Source of the DNA: Eledone cirrhosa
Taxonomy: Eukaryota
Length of the DNA: 64,000 bases
Assembly (NCBI GenBank): GCA_964016885.1
Contig: OZ024741.1
Coordinates: 258,416,001-258,480,000 of the forward strand
Direction of reading: 5' to 3'
How positions within the stretch are numbered: the first letter of the stretch is position 1; the number at the start of each line of letters is the position of its first letter. Made by a program: the position numbers and the translations under genes. This document shows positions 1-15,027 of this stretch, piece after piece. Under the pieces are notes generated by a model. That model was given only the letters and a program-made list of their open reading frames with translations, was not told where the DNA came from and did no database searches.

Positions 1-3000
1 ACTTACGGGTGTTTCGACTTACGCGTGTTTCGACTTACGAGTGTTTCGACTTACGAGTGTTTCGGCTTATGAGTGTTTCGAATTACGAGTGTTTTGACTT
101 ACGGGTATTTTGACATACGAGTGTTTCGGTACGAGTGTTCTGACTTACGAGTGTTCTGACTTACGAGTGTTCTGACTTACGAGTGTTCTGACTAACGGGT
201 GTTCTGACTTACGAGTGTTCCGACTTACGAGTGTTTCGGCTTTGAGTGTTTTGACTTACGGGTGTTTCGACTTACGGGTGTTTCGTCTTACGAGTGTTTC
301 GACTTACGTGTGTTTCCGCTTACGAGTGTTTCGGCTTACGAGTGTTTCGACTTACGAGTATTTCGACTTACGAGTTTTTTTACTTACGGTGTTTCGGCTT
401 ACGAGTGTTTCGACTTATGAGTGTTCTGATTTACGGATGTTTCGACATACGAGTGTTTTGACTTACGGTGTTTCGACTTACGAGTGTTTCGACTTACGAG
501 TGTTTCGACTTACGGGTGTTTCGACTTACGAGTGTTTCGACTTACGAGTGTTACGACTTACGGGTGTTCTGACTTACGAGTGTTTCGACTTGCGAGTGTT
601 CTGACTTACGGGTGTTTCGACTTACGAGTGTTTCGACTTGCGAGTGTTTTGACTTACGAGTGTTCTGACTTACGAGTGTTCTGACTTACGAGAGTTCCGA
701 CTTACGACTGTTTCGACTTACGAGTGTTTTGACTTACGAGTGTTCTGACTACGAGTGTTCTGACTTACGGGTGTTCTGACTTACGAGTGTTCCGACTTAC
801 GAGTGTTTCGGCTAATGAGTGTTTCGACTTACGGGCGTTTCGACTTACGGGTGTTTCGACTTACGAGTGTTTTGACTTACGAGTGTTCTGACTTACGAGT
901 GTTCTGACTTACGAGAGTTTCGACTTATGAGTGTTTCGACTTACGAGTGTTTCGGCTTACGAGTGGTTTGACTTACGAGTGTTCTGACTACGAGTGTTTT
1001 GACTTACGAGTATTTCGGCTTATGAGTGTTTCGACTTACGAGTGTTTCGGCTTATGAGTGTTTTGACTTACGAGTGTTTCGACTTATGAGTGTTTCGACT
1101 TACGAGTGTTTCGGCTTACGAGTGGTTTGACTTACGAGTGTTCTGACTACGAGTGTTTTGACTTACGAGTATTTCGGCTTATGAGTGTTTCGACTTACGA
1201 GTGTTTCGGCTTATGAGTGTTTCGACTTACGTGTGTTTCGGTTTACGAGTGTTTCGACTTACGAGTGTTTCGACTTACGGGTGTTTCGACTTACGAGTGT
1301 TTCGACTACGAGTGTTTCGACTTACGAGTGTTTCGGCTTACGAGTGTTTCGACATACGGGTGTTTCGACTTACGATGTTTCGGCTTACGAGTGTTTCGAC
1401 TTACGAGTATTCTGACTTACGGGTGTTTCGACTTACGGGTGTTTCGACTTAAGAGTGTTTCGACTTACGAGCGCTTCGATTTCCGAGTGTTCTGACTTAC
1501 GAGTGTTCTGACTTACGAGTGTTTCGGCTTACGAGTGTTTCGACTTACGAGTGTTCCGGCTTACGCGTGTTTCGACTTACGAGTGTTTCGGCTTATGAGT
1601 GTTTCGACTTACGAGTGCTTCGGCTTACGAGTGTTTCGACTTACGAGTGTTTCGGCTTACGAGAGTTTCGACTTACGAATGTTTTGGCTTACGAGTGTTT
1701 CGGCTTACGAGTGTTTCGACTTACGGGTGTTTCGACTTACGGGTGTTCCGACTTAAGAGTGATTCGACTTACGAGCGCTTCGACTTACGAGTGTTCCGAC
1801 TTACGAGTGTTTCTGCTTACGAGTGTTTCGACTTACGAATGTTTCGACTTACGAGTGTTTCGGCTTACGAGTGTTTCGACTTACTAATGTTTTTACTTAC
1901 GAGTGTTTCGGCGTACGAGTGTTTCGACTTACGAGTGTTTCGGCTTACGAGTGTTTCGACTTACGAGTGTTTTTACTTAATGGTGTTTCGACTTACGAGT
2001 ATTTTTGGCTTACGAGTGTTTCGACTTACGAGTGTTTTGACTTACGAGTGTTCTGATTTACGAATGTTTCGACATACGAGTGTTTTGACTTACGATGTTT
2101 CGACTTACGAGTGTTTCGACTTACGAGTGTTTCGACTTACGGGTGTTTCGACTTACGAGTGTTTCGACTTACGAATGTTTCGACTTACGGGTGTTCCGGC
2201 TTACGAGTGTTTCGACTTACGAGTGTTCTGACTTACGAGTGTTCTGACTTACGAGTGTTCCGGCTTACGAGTTTTTCGACTTACGAGTGTTTCGACTTAC
2301 GAGTGTTTCGACTTACGAGTGTTTCGACTTGCGAGTGTTTCGACTACGGGTGTTTCGACTTACGAATGTTTTGACTTACGGATGTTTTGACTTACGGGTG
2401 TTTCGGCTTACGAGTGTTTCGACTTACGAGTGTTCTGACTTACGAGTGTTCTGACTTACGAGTGTTCTGACTTACGAGTGTTCCGACTTACGAGTGTTTC
2501 GGCTTTCGAGTGTTTCGACTTACGAGTGTTTCGGGTTACGAGTGTTTCGACATACGAATGTTTTCGCTTACGAGTGTTTCCGCTTAGGAGTGTTTCGACT
2601 TACGAGTGTTTTGACTTACGGTTTTTCGGCTTGCGAGTGTTTCGACATACGAGTGTTTTGACTTACGGGCGTTTCGACTTACGGGTGTTTCGACTTACGA
2701 GTGTTTCGACTTACGAGTGTTCTGACTTACGAGTGTTCTGACTTGCGAGTGTTCCGACTTACGAGTGCTTCGGCTTACGAGTGTTTCGACATACGAGTGT
2801 TTTGACTTACGGATGTTTCAACTTACGGGTGTTTCGACTTACGAGTGTTTCGACTTACGAGTGTTCTGACTACGAGTGTTCTGACTTACGGGTGCTCTGA
2901 CTTACGAGTGTTTCGACTTACGAGTGTTTCGACTTACGAGTGTTTCGGCTTACGAGTGTTTCGACTTACGAGTGTTTTGACTTACGAATGTTTTGCCTTA

Positions 3001-6000
3001 CGGGTGTTCCGGTTTACGAGTGTTTCGACTTACGAGTATTCTGACTTACGAGTGTTCCGACTTACGGGTGTTTCGACTTACGAGTGTTTCGACTTACGAG
3101 TGTTCCGACCTATGAGGGTTTCGGCTTACTGGTGTTCCGACTTACGAGTATTTTCGGCTGACGAGTGTTTCGAGTTACGAGTGTTTTGACTTACGATTGT
3201 TTCGGCTTACGAGTGTTTCGGCTTACGAGTGTTTTGATTTACGAGTGTTTTGACTTACGGGTGTTTCGACTTACGCGTGTTTCGACTTACGAGTGTTTCG
3301 ACTTACGAGTGTTCCGACTTACGAGTGTTTCGGCTATGAGTGTTTTGACTTACGGGTGTTTCGACTTACGGGTGTTTCGACTTACGAGTGTTTCGACTTA
3401 CGTGTGTTTCCGCTTACGAGTGTTTCGGCTTACGAGTGTTTCGAATTACGAGTGTTTTGGCTTACGAATGTTTTGACTTACGGGTGTTTCGGTGTACGAG
3501 TGTTTCGACTTAAGGATGTTTCGACTTACGAGTGTTTCGACTTACGAGTGTTTCGACTTACGAGTGTTCTGACTTACGAGTGTTACGAGTTACGAGTGTT
3601 CCGACTTACGAGTGTTTCGGCTTACGAGTGTTTCGGCTTACGAGTGTTTCGGCTTACGAGTGTTTTGACTTACGAGTGTTCTGACTACGAGTGTTCTGAC
3701 TTACGGGTGTTCTGACTTACGAGTGTTCCGACTTACGAGTGTTTCGGCTAATGAGTGTTTCGACTTACGGGCGTTTCGACTTACGGGTGTTTCGACTTAC
3801 GAGTGTTTTGACTTACGAGTGTTCTGACTTACGAGTGTTCTGACTTACGAGAGTTCCGACTTACGACTGTTTCGACTTACGAGTGTTTTGACTTACGAGT
3901 GTTCCGACTTACGAGTGTTTCGGCTTATGGGTGTTTTGACGTACGAGTATTTTTGGCTTACGAGTGTTTCTACTTACGAGTGTTTTGAATTACGATTGTT
4001 TCGGCTTACGAGTGTTTCGACTTACGAGTATTTCGACTTACGAGTTTTTTTACTTACGGTGTTTCGGCTTACGAGTGTTTCGACTTATGAGTGTTCTGAT
4101 TTACGGATGTTTCGACATACGAGTGTTTTGACTTACGGTGTTTCGACTTACGAGTGTTTCGACTTACGAGTGTTTCGACTTACGGGTGTTTCGACTCACG
4201 AGTGTTCCGACTTACGAGTGTTACGACTTACGGGTGTTCTGACTTACGAGTGTTTCGACTTACGAGTGTTCTGACTTACGGGTGTTTCGACTTACGAGTG
4301 TTTCGACTTACGAATGTTTTGACTTACGGGTGTTTCGGCTTACGAGTGGTTTGACTTACGAGTGTTCTGACTACGAGTGTTCTGTCTTACGAGTGTTTCG
4401 ACTTACGAGTGTTTCGGCTTATGAGTGTTTCGACTTACGAGTGTTTCGGCTTACGAGTCTTTCGACTTACGAGTGTTTCGACTTACGGGTGTTTCGACTT
4501 ACGAGTGTTTCGACTACGAATGTTTCGACTTACGAGTGTTTCGGCTTACGAGTGTTTCGACTTATGGGTGTTTCGACTTACGAGTGTTTTTACTTACGGT
4601 GTTTCGGCTTACGAGTGTTTCGACATACGAGTGTTTTGACTTACGGGTGTTTCGACTTACGAGTGTTTCGACTTACGAATGTTTTGACTTACGGGTGTTT
4701 CGGCTTACGAGTGTTTCGATTTATGAGTGTTTCGGCTTACGAGTGTTTCGACTTACTAATGTTTTTACTTACGAGTGTTTCGGCGTACGAGAGTTTTGAC
4801 TTACGAGTGTTTCTACTTACGAGTGTTTCGACTTACGAGTGTTTTGACTTACGAATGTTTTGACTTACGGGTGTTTCGGCTTACGAGTGTTTCGACTTAC
4901 GAGTCTTTCGGCTTACGAGTGTTTCGACTTACTAATGTTTTTACTTACGAGTGTTTCGGCGTACGAGTGTTTCGACTTACGAGTGTTTCGACTTACGGGT
5001 GTTTTGACTTACGGGTGTTTCGGCTTACGAGTGTTTCGACTTACGAGTGTTTTGACTTAAGGGTGTTTCGACTTACGAGTATTTTTGGCTTACGAGTGTT
5101 TCGACTTACGAGTGTTTTGACTTACGAGTGTTCTAATTTACGGATGTTTCGACATACGAGTGTTTTGACTTACGAGTGTTTCGACTTATGAGTGTTTCGA
5201 CTTACGAGTGTTTCGGCTTACGAGTGGTTTGACTTACGAGTGTTCTGACTACGAGTGTTTTGACTTACGAGTGTTTCGGCTTATGAGTGTTTCGACTTAC
5301 GAGTGTTTCGGCTTATGAGTGTTTCGACTTACGAGTGTTTCGGTTTACGAGTGTTTCGACTTACGAGTGTTTTTACTTAAGGGTGTTTCGACTTACGAGT
5401 ATTTTTGGCTTACGAGTGTTTCGACTTACGAGTGTTTTGACTTACGAGTGTTCTGATTTACGAATGTTTCGACATACGAGTGTTTTGACTTACGATGTTT
5501 CGACTTACGAGTGTTTCGACTTACGAGTGTTTCGACTTACGGGTGTTTCGACTTACGAGTGTTTCGACTTACGAATGTTTCGACTTACGGGTGTTCCGGC
5601 TTACGAGTGTTTCGACTTACGAGTGTACTGACTTACGAGTGTTCTGACTTACGAGTGTTCCGGCTTACGAGTTTTTCGACTTACGAGTGTTTCGACTTAC
5701 GAGTGTTTCGACTTACGAGTGTTTCGACTTACGAATGTTTTCGCTTACGAGTGTTTCGACTTACGAGTGTTTCGACTTACGAGTGTTTTGACTTACGGTT
5801 TTTCGGCTTGCGAGTGTTTCGACATACGAGTGTTTTGACTTACGGGCGTTTCGACTTACGGGTGTTTCGACTTACGAGTGTTTCGACTTACGAGTGTTCT
5901 GACTTACGAGTGTTCTGACTTGCGAGTGTTCCGACTTACGAGTGCTTCGGCTTACGAGTGTTTCGACATACGAGTGTTTTGACTTACGGATGTTTCAACT

Positions 6001-9000
6001 TACGGGTGTTTCGACTTACGAGTGTTTCGACTTACGAGTGTTCTGACTACGAGTGTTCTGACTTACGGGTGCTCTGACTTACGAGTGTTTCGACTTACGA
6101 GTGTTTCGACTTACGAGTGTTTCGGCTTACGAGTGTTTCGACTTACGAGTGTTTTGACTTACGAATGTTTTGCCTTACGGGTGTTCCGGTTTACGAGTGT
6201 TTCGACTTACGAGTATTCTGACTTACGAGTGTTCCGACTTACGGGTGTTTCGACTTACGAGTGTTTCGACTTACGAGTGTTCCGACCTATGAGGGTTTCG
6301 GCTTACTGGTGTTCCGACTTACGAGTATTTTCGGCTGACGAGTGTTTCGAGTTACGAGTGTTTTGACTTACGATTGTTTCGGCTTACGAGTGTTTCGGCT
6401 TACGAGTGTTTTGATTTACGAGTGTTTTGACTTACGGGTGTTTCGACTTACGCGTGTTTCGACTTACGAGTGTTTCGACTTACGAGTGTTTCGGCTTATG
6501 AGTGTTTCGAATTACGAGTGTTTTGACTTACGGGTATTTTGACATACGAGTGTTTCGGTACGAGTGTTCTGACTTACGAGTGTTCTGACTTACGAGTGTT
6601 CTGACTTACGAGTGTTCTGACTAACGGGTGTTCTGACTTACGAGTGTTCCGACTTACGAGTGTTTCGGCTATGAGTGTTTTGACTTACGGGTGTTTCGAC
6701 TTACGGGTGTTTCGTCTTACGAGTGTTTCGACTTACGTGTGTTTCCGCTTACGAGTGTTTCGGCTTACGAGTGTTTCGACTTACGAGTATTTCGACTTAC
6801 GAGTTTTTTTACTTACGGTGTTTCGGCTTACGAGTGTTTCGACTTATGAGTGTTCTGATTTACGGATGTTTCGACATACGAGTGTTTTGACTTACGGTGT
6901 TTCGACTTACGAGTGTTTCGACTTACGAGTGTTTCGACTTACGGGTGTTTCGACTTACGAGTGTTTCGACTTACGAGTGTTACGACTTACGGGTGTTCTG
7001 ACTTACGAGTGTTTCGACTTGCGAGTGTTCTGACTTACGGGTGTTTCGACTTACGAGTGTTTCGACTTACGAGTGTTTTGACTTACGAGTGTTCTGACTT
7101 ACGAGTGTTCTGACTTACGAGAGTTCCGACTTACGACTGTTTCGACTTACGAGTGTTTTGACTTACGAGTGTTCTGACTACGAGTGTTCTGACTTACGGG
7201 TGTTCTGACTTACGAGTGTTCCGACTTACGAGTGTTTCGGCTAATGAGTGTTTCGACTTACGGGCGTTTCGACTTACGGGTGTTTCGACTTACGAGTGTT
7301 TTGACTTACGAGTGTTCTGACTTACGAGTGTTCTGACTTACGAGAGTTTCGACTTATGAGTGTTTCGACTTACGAGTGTTTCGGCTTACGAGTGGTTTGA
7401 CTTACGAGTGTTCTGACTACGAGTGTTTTGACTTACGAGTATTTCGGCTTATGAGTGTTTCGACTTACGAGTGTTTCGGCTTATGAGTGTTTTGACTTAC
7501 GAGTGTTTCGACTTATGAGTGTTCCGACTTACGAGTGTTTCGGCTTACGAGTGGTTTGACTTACGAGTGTTCTGACTACGAGTGTTTTGACTTACGAGTA
7601 TTTCGGCTTATGAGTGTTTCGACTTACGAGTGTTTCGACTTACGAATGTTTTGACTTACGGGTGTTTCGGCTTACGAGTGGTTTGACTTACGAGTGTTCT
7701 GACTACGAGTGTTCTGTCTTACGAGTGTTTCGACTTACGAGTGTTTCGGCTTATGAGTGTTTCGACTTACGAGTGTTTCGGCTTACGAGTCTTTCGACTT
7801 ACGAGTGTTTCGACTTACGGGTGTTTCGACTTACGAGTGTTTCGACTACGAATGTTTCGACTTACGAGTGTTTCGGCTTACGAGTGTTTCGACTTATGGG
7901 TGTTTCGACTTACGAGTGTTTTTACTTACGGTGTTTCGGCTTACGAGTGTTTCGACATACGAGTGTTTTGACTTACGGGTGTTTCGACTTACGAGTGTTT
8001 CGACTTACGAATGTTTTGACTTACGGGTGTTTCGGCTTACGAGTGTTTCGATTTATGAGTGTTTCGGCTTACGAGTGTTTCGACTTACTAATGTTTTTAC
8101 TTACGAGTGTTTCGGCGTACGAGAGTTTTGACTTACGAGTGTTTCTACTTACGAGTGTTTCGACTTACGAGTGTTTTGACTTACGAATGTTTTGACTTAC
8201 GGGTGTTTCGGCTTACGAGTGTTTCGACTTACGAGTCTTTCGGCTTACGAGTGTTTCGACTTACTAATGTTTTTACTTACGAGTGTTTCGGCGTACGAGT
8301 GTTTCGACTTACGAGTGTTTCGACTTACGGGTGTTTTGACTTACGGGTGTTTCGGCTTACGAGTGTTTCGACTTACGAGTGTTTTGACTTAAGGGTGTTT
8401 CGACTTACGAGTATTTTTGGCTTACGAGTGTTTCGACTTACGAGTGTTTTGACTTACGAGTGTTCTAATTTACGGATGTTTCGACATACGAGTGTTTTGA
8501 CTTACGAGTGTTTCGACTTATGAGTGTTTCGACTTACGAGTGTTTCGGCTTACGAGTGGTTTGACTTACGAGTGTTCTGACTACGAGTGTTTTGACTTAC
8601 GAGTGTTTCGGCTTATGAGTGTTTCGACTTACGAGTGTTTCGGCTTATGAGTGTTTCGACTTACGAGTGTTTCGGTTTACGAGTGTTTCGACTTACGAGT
8701 GTTTTTACTTAAGGGTGTTTCGACTTACGAGTATTTTTGGCTTACGAGTGTTTCGACTTACGAGTGTTTTGACTTACGAGTGTTCTGATTTACGAATGTT
8801 TCGACATACGAGTGTTTTGACTTACGATGTTTCGACTTACGAGTGTTTCGACTTACGAGTGTTTCGACTTACGGGTGTTTCGACTTACGAGTGTTTCGAC
8901 TTACGAATGTTTCGACTTACGGGTGTTCCGGCTTACGAGTGTTTCGACTTACGAGTGTACTGACTTACGAGTGTTCTGACTTACGAGTGTTCCGGCTTAC

Positions 9001-12000
9001 GAGTTTTTCGACTTACGAGTGTTTCGACTTACGAGTGTTTCGACTTACGAGTGTTTCGACTTACGAATGTTTTCGCTTACGAGTGTTTCGACTTACGAGT
9101 GTTTCGACTTACGAGTGTTTTGACTTACGGTTTTTCGGCTTGCGAGTGTTTCGACATACGAGTGTTTTGACTTACGGGCGTTTCGACTTACGGGTGTTTC
9201 GACTTACGAGTGTTTCGACTTACGAGTGTTCTGACTTACGAGTGTTCTGACTTGCGAGTGTTCCGACTTACGAGTGCTTCGGCTTACGAGTGTTTCGACA
9301 TACGAGTGTTTTGACTTACGGATGTTTCAACTTACGGGTGTTTCGACTTACGAGTGTTTCGACTTACGAGTGTTCTGACTACGAGTGTTCTGACTTACGG
9401 GTGCTCTGACTTACGAGTGTTTCGACTTACGAGTGTTTCGACTTACGAGTGTTTCGGCTTACGAGTGTTTCGACTTACGAGTGTTTTGACTTACGAATGT
9501 TTTGCCTTACGGGTGTTCCGGTTTACGAGTGTTTCGACTTACGAGTATTCTGACTTACGAGTGTTCCGACTTACGGGTGTTTCGACTTACGAGTGTTTCG
9601 ACTTACGAGTGTTCCGACCTATGAGGGTTTCGGCTTACTGGTGTTCCGACTTACGAGTATTTTCGGCTGACGAGTGTTTCGAGTTACGAGTGTTTTGACT
9701 TACGATTGTTTCGGCTTACGAGTGTTTCGGCTTACGAGTGTTTTGATTTACGAGTGTTTTGACTTACGGGTGTTTCGACTTACGCGTGTTTCGACTTACG
9801 AGTGTTTCGACTTACGAGTGTTTCGGCTTATGAGTGTTTCGAATTACGAGTGTTTTGACTTACGGGTATTTTGACATACGAGTGTTTCGGTACGAGTGTT
9901 CTGACTTACGAGTGTTCTGACTTACGAGTGTTCTGACTTACGAGTGTTCTGACTAACGGGTGTTCTGACTTACGAGTGTTCCGACTTACGAGTGTTTCGG
10001 CTATGAGTGTTTTGACTTACGGGTGTTTCGACTTACGGGTGTTTCGTCTTACGAGTGTTTCGACTTACGTGTGTTTCCGCTTACGAGTGTTTCGGCTTAC
10101 GAGTGTTTCGACTTACGAGTATTTCGACTTACGAGTTTTTTTACTTACGGTGTTTCGGCTTACGAGTGTTTCGACTTATGAGTGTTCTGATTTACGGATG
10201 TTTCGACATACGAGTGTTTTGACTTACGGTGTTTCGACTTACGAGTGTTTCGACTTACGAGTGTTTCGACTTACGGGTGTTTCGACTTACGAGTGTTTCG
10301 ACTTACGAGTGTTACGACTTACGGGTGTTCTGACTTACGAGTGTTTCGACTTGCGAGTGTTCTGACTTACGGGTGTTTCGACTTACGAGTGTTTCGACTT
10401 ACGAGTGTTTTGACTTACGAGTGTTCTGACTTACGAGTGTTCTGACTTACGAGAGTTCCGACTTACGACTGTTTCGACTTACGAGTGTTTTGACTTACGA
10501 GTGTTCTGACTACGAGTGTTCTGACTTACGGGTGTTCTGACTTACGAGTGTTCCGACTTACGAGTGTTTCGGCTAATGAGTGTTTCGACTTACGGGCGTT
10601 TCGACTTACGGGTGTTTCGACTTACGAGTGTTTTGACTTACGAGTGTTCTGACTTACGAGTGTTCTGACTTACGAGAGTTTCGACTTATGAGTGTTTCGA
10701 CTTACGAGTGTTTCGGCTTACGAGTGGTTTGACTTACGAGTGTTCTGACTACGAGTGTTTTGACTTACGAGTATTTCGGCTTATGAGTGTTTCGACTTAC
10801 GAGTGTTTCGGCTTATGAGTGTTTTGACTTACGAGTGTTTCGACTTATGAGTGTTCCGACTTACGAGTGTTTCGGCTTACGAGTGGTTTGACTTACGAGT
10901 GTTCTGACTACGAGTGTTTTGACTTACGAGTATTTCGGCTTATGAGTGTTTCGACTTACGAGTGTTTCGGCTTATGAGTGTTTCGACTTACGTGTGTTTC
11001 GGTTTACGAGTGTTTCGACTTACGAGTGTTTCGACTTACGGGTGTTTCGACTTACGAGTGTTTCGACTACGAGTGTTTCGACTTACGAGTGTTTCGGCTT
11101 ACGAGTGTTTCGACATACGGGTGTTTCGACTTACGATGTTTCGGCTTACGAGTGTTTCGACTTACGAGTATTCTGACTTACGGGTGTTTCGACTTACGGG
11201 TGTTTCGACTTAAGAGTGTTTCGACTTACGAGCGCTTCGATTTACGAGTGTTCTGACTTACGAGTGTTCCGACTTACGAGTGTTTCGGCTTACGAGTGTT
11301 TCGACTTACGAGTGTTCCGGCTTACGCGTGTTTCGACTTACGAGTGTTTCGGCTTATGAGTGTTTCGACTTACGAGTGCTTCGGCTTACGAGTGTTTCGA
11401 CTTACGAGTGTTTCGGCTTACGAGAGTTTCGACTTACGAATGTTTTGGCTTACGAGTGTTTCGGCTTACGAGTGTTTCGACTTACGGGTGTTTCGACTTA
11501 CGGGTGTTCCGACTTAAGAGTGATTCGACTTACGAGCGCTTCGACTTACGAGTGTTCCGACTTACGAGTGTTTCTGCTTACGAGTGTTTCGACTTACGAA
11601 TGTTTCGACTTACGAGTGTTTCGGCTTACGAGTGTTTCGACTTACTAATGTTTTTACTTACGAGTGTTTCGGCGTACGAGTGTTTCGACTTACGAGTGTT
11701 TCGGCTTACGAGTGTTTCGACTTACGAGTGTTTTTACTTAATGGTGTTTCGACTTACGAGTATTTTTGGCTTACGAGTGTTTCGACTTACGAGTGTTTTG
11801 ACTTACGAGTGTTCTGATTTACGAATGTTTCGACATACGAGTGTTTTGACTTACGATGTTTCGACTTACGAGTGTTTCGACTTACGAGTGTTTCGACTTA
11901 CGGGTGTTTCGACTTACGAGTGTTTCGACTTACGAATGTTTCGACTTACGGGTGTTCCGGCTTACGAGTGTTTCGACTTACGAGTGTTCTGACTTACGAG

Positions 12001-14700
12001 TGTTCTGACTTACGAGTGTTCCGGCTTACGAGTTTTTCGACTTACGAGTGTTTCGACTGACGAGTGTTTCGACTTACGAGTGTTTCGACTTGCGAGTGTT
12101 TCGACTACGGGTGTTTCGACTTACGAATGTTTTGACTTACGGATGTTTTGACTTACGGGTGTTTCGGCTTACGAGTGTTTCGACTTACGAGTGTTCTGAC
12201 TTACGAGTGTTCTGACTTACGAGTGTTCTGACTTACGAGTGTTCCGACTTACGAGTGTTTCGGCTTTCGAGTGTTTCGACTTACGAGTGTTTCGGGTTAC
12301 GAGTGTTTCGACATACGAATGTTTTCGCTTACGAGTGTTTCCGCTTAGGAGTGTTTCGACTTACGAGTGTTTCGACTTACGAGTGTTTTGACTTACGGTT
12401 TTTCGGCTTGCGAGTGTTTCGACATACGAGTGTTTTGACTTACGGGCGTTTCGACTTACGGGTGTTTCGACTTACGAGCGTTTCGACTTACGAGTGTTCT
12501 GACTTACGAGTGTTCTGACTTGCGAGTGTTCCGACTTACGAGTGCTTCGGCTTACGAGTGTTTCGACATACGAGTGTTTTGACTTACGGATGTTTCAACT
12601 TACGGGTGTTTCGACTTACGAGTGTTTCGACTTACGAGTGTTCTGACTACGAGTGTTCTGACTTACGGGTGCTCTGACTTACGAGTGTTTCGACTTACGA
12701 GTGTTTCGACTTACGAGTGTTTCGGCTTACGAGTGTTTCGACTTACGAGTGTTTTGACTTACGAATGTTTTGCCTTACGGGTGTTCCGGTTTACGAGTGT
12801 TTCGACTTACGAGTATTCTGACTTACGAGTGTTCCGACTTACGGGTGTTTCGACTTACGAGTGTTTCGACTTACGAGTGTTCCGACCTATGAGGGTTTCG
12901 GCTTACTGGTGTTCCGACTTACGAGTATTTTCGGCTGACGAGTGTTTCGAGTTACGAGTGTTTTGACTTACGATTGTTTCGGCTTACGAGTGTTTCGGCT
13001 TACGAGTGTTTTGATTTACGAGTGTTTTGACTTACGGGTGTTTCGACTTACGCGTGTTTCGACTTACGAGTGTTTCGACTTACGAGTGTTCCGACTTACG
13101 AGTGTTTCGGCTATGAGTGTTTTGACTTACGGGTGTTTCGACTTACGGGTGTTTCGACTTACGAGTGTTTCGACTTACGTGTGTTTCCGCTTACGAGTGT
13201 TTCGGCTTACGAGTGTTTCGAATTACGAGTGTTTTGGCTTACGAATGTTTTGACTTACGGGTGTTTCGGTGTACGAGTGTTTCGACTTAAGGATGTTTCG
13301 ACTTACGAGTGTTTCGACTTACGAGTGTTTCGACTTACGAGTGTTCTGACTTACGAGTGTTACGAGTTACGAGTGTTCCGACTTACGAGTGTTTCGGCTT
13401 ACGAGTGTTTCGGCTTACGAGTGTTTCGGCTTACGAGTGTTTTGACTTACGAGTGTTCTGACTACGAGTGTTCTGACTTACGGGTGTTCTGACTTACGAG
13501 TGTTCCGACTTACGAGTGTTTCGGCTAATGAGTGTTTCGACTTACGGGCGTTACGACTTACGGGTGTTTCGACTTACGAGTGTTTTGACTTACGAGTGTT
13601 CTGACTTACGAGTGTTCTGACTTACGAGAGTTCCGACTTACGACTGTTTCGACTTACGAGTGTTTTGACTTACGAGTGTTCCGACTTACGAGTGTTTCGG
13701 CTTATGGGTGTTTTGACGTACGAGTATTTTTGGCTTACGAGTGTTTCTACTTACGAGTGTTTTGAATTACGATTGTTTCGGCTTACGAGTGTTTCGACTT
13801 ACGAGTATTTCGACTTACGAGTTTTTTTACTTACGGTGTTTCGGCTTACGAGTGTTTCGACTTATGAGTGTTCTGATTTACGGATGTTTCGACATACGAG
13901 TGTTTTGACTTACGGTGTTTCGACTTACGAGTGTTTCGACTTACGAGTGTTTCGACTTACGGGTGTTTCGACTCACGAGTGTTTCGACTTACGAGTGTTA
14001 CGACTTACGGGTGTTCTGACTTACGAGTGTTTCGACTTACGAGTGTTCTGACTTACGGGTGTTTCGACTTACGAGTGTTTCGACTTACGAATGTTTTGAC
14101 TTACGGGTGTTTCGGCTTACGAGTGGTTTGACTTACGAGTGTTCTGACTACGAGTGTTCTGTCTTACGAGTGTTTCGACTTACGAGTGTTTCGGCTTATG
14201 AGTGTTTCGACTTACGAGTGTTTCGGCTTACGAGTCTTTCGACTTACGAGTGTTTCGACTTACGGGTGTTTCGACTTACGAGTGTTTCGACTACGAATGT
14301 TTCGACTTACGAGTGTTTCGGCTTACGAGTGTTTCGACTTATGGGTTTTTCGACTTACGAGTGTTTTTACTTACGGTGTTTCGGCTTACGAGTGTTTCGA
14401 CATACGAGTGTTTTGACTTACGGGTGTTTCGACTTACGAGTGTTTCGACTTACGAATGTTTTGACTTACGGGTGTTTCGGCTTACGAGTGTTTCGATTTA
14501 TGAGTGTTTCGGCTTACGAGTGTTTCGACTTACTAATGTTTTTACTTACGAGTGTTTCGGCGTACGAGAGTTTTGACTTACGAGTGTTTCTACTTACGAG
14601 TGTTTCGACTTACGAGTGTTTTGACTTACGAATGTTTTGACTTACGGGTGTTTCGGCTTACGAGTGTTTCGACTTACGAGTCTTTCGGCTTACGAGTGTT
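1..14700 (+). repeat. Higher-order repeat: 1-~4920 recurs at +9761/+9777; the underlying unit is ~6429 bp
   Basis: Matching ORF-track entries at 215/6644/9976, 1185/10946, 1599/11360, 2845/12622, 3888/13665 and 4282/14059. Rare variants are shared, e.g. TACTTAATGGTG (1974, 11735) and GACTCACGAG (4192, 13970). Confidence 0.9.
4282..10945 (+). repeat. Tandem duplication of a 3332-bp HOR unit (4282-7613, 7614-10945)
   Basis: A constant +3332 offset holds for identical translated blocks: 4282/7614, 4775/8107, 5287/8619, 6022/9354, 6644/9976 and 6913/10245. Confidence 0.92.
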
Positions 14701-14948
14701 TCGAATTACGAGTGTTTTGACTTAAGGGTGTTTCGACTTACGAGTATTTTTGGCTTACGAGTGTTTCGACTTACGAGTGTTTCGACTTACGAGTGTTTCG
14801 GCTTACGATTGTTTCGACTTACGAGTGTTTCGGCTTACGAGTGTTTCAGTGTTTCGGCTTACGTGTGTTTCGACTTACGAGTGTTTCGATTTACGAGTGT
14901 TTCGGCTTACGAGTGTTTCGGCTTACGAGTGTTTCGGCTTATTATATA

Positions 14949-15027
14949 TAAACGTTTCTATTTCCATCGTTTTATCGTAAACGTTTATATATTTCCATCG
15001 TTATATCATAACGTTTATATTTCCGTC
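14949..15027 (+). repeat. ~29-30 bp minisatellite, 2.6 copies (AACGTTTATATTTCCATCGTTWTATCRT-like)
   Basis: Units are AACGTTTCTATTTCCATCGTTTTATCGTA (14951), AACGTTTATATATTTCCATCGTTATATCAT (14980) and AACGTTTATATTTCCGTC (15010). Confidence 0.85.

Larger units (their letters stand above)
1..14941 (+). repeat. 16-bp satellite array, left block (consensus GACTTACGAGTGTTTC, ~930 monomers, open at the window start)
   Basis: Uninterrupted tandem monomers are visible directly. Recurrent variants include GGC for GAC, GGG for GAG, TTTT/TTCT/TTCC for TTTC, and 15-bp deletion monomers (GACTACGAG, CTTACGGTG). The block ends at ...GTTTCGGCTTA (14941). Confidence 0.99.

Noticed and set aside
13-30. Canonical CENP-B box in the TTCGACTTACGGG variants (general to the array)
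   Set aside because: The canonical box is TTCG-N4-A-N2-CGGG. Here the spacing between TTCG and CGGG is 5 rather than 7, so it is not a true box. Only the looser pogo-motif hypothesis is retained.
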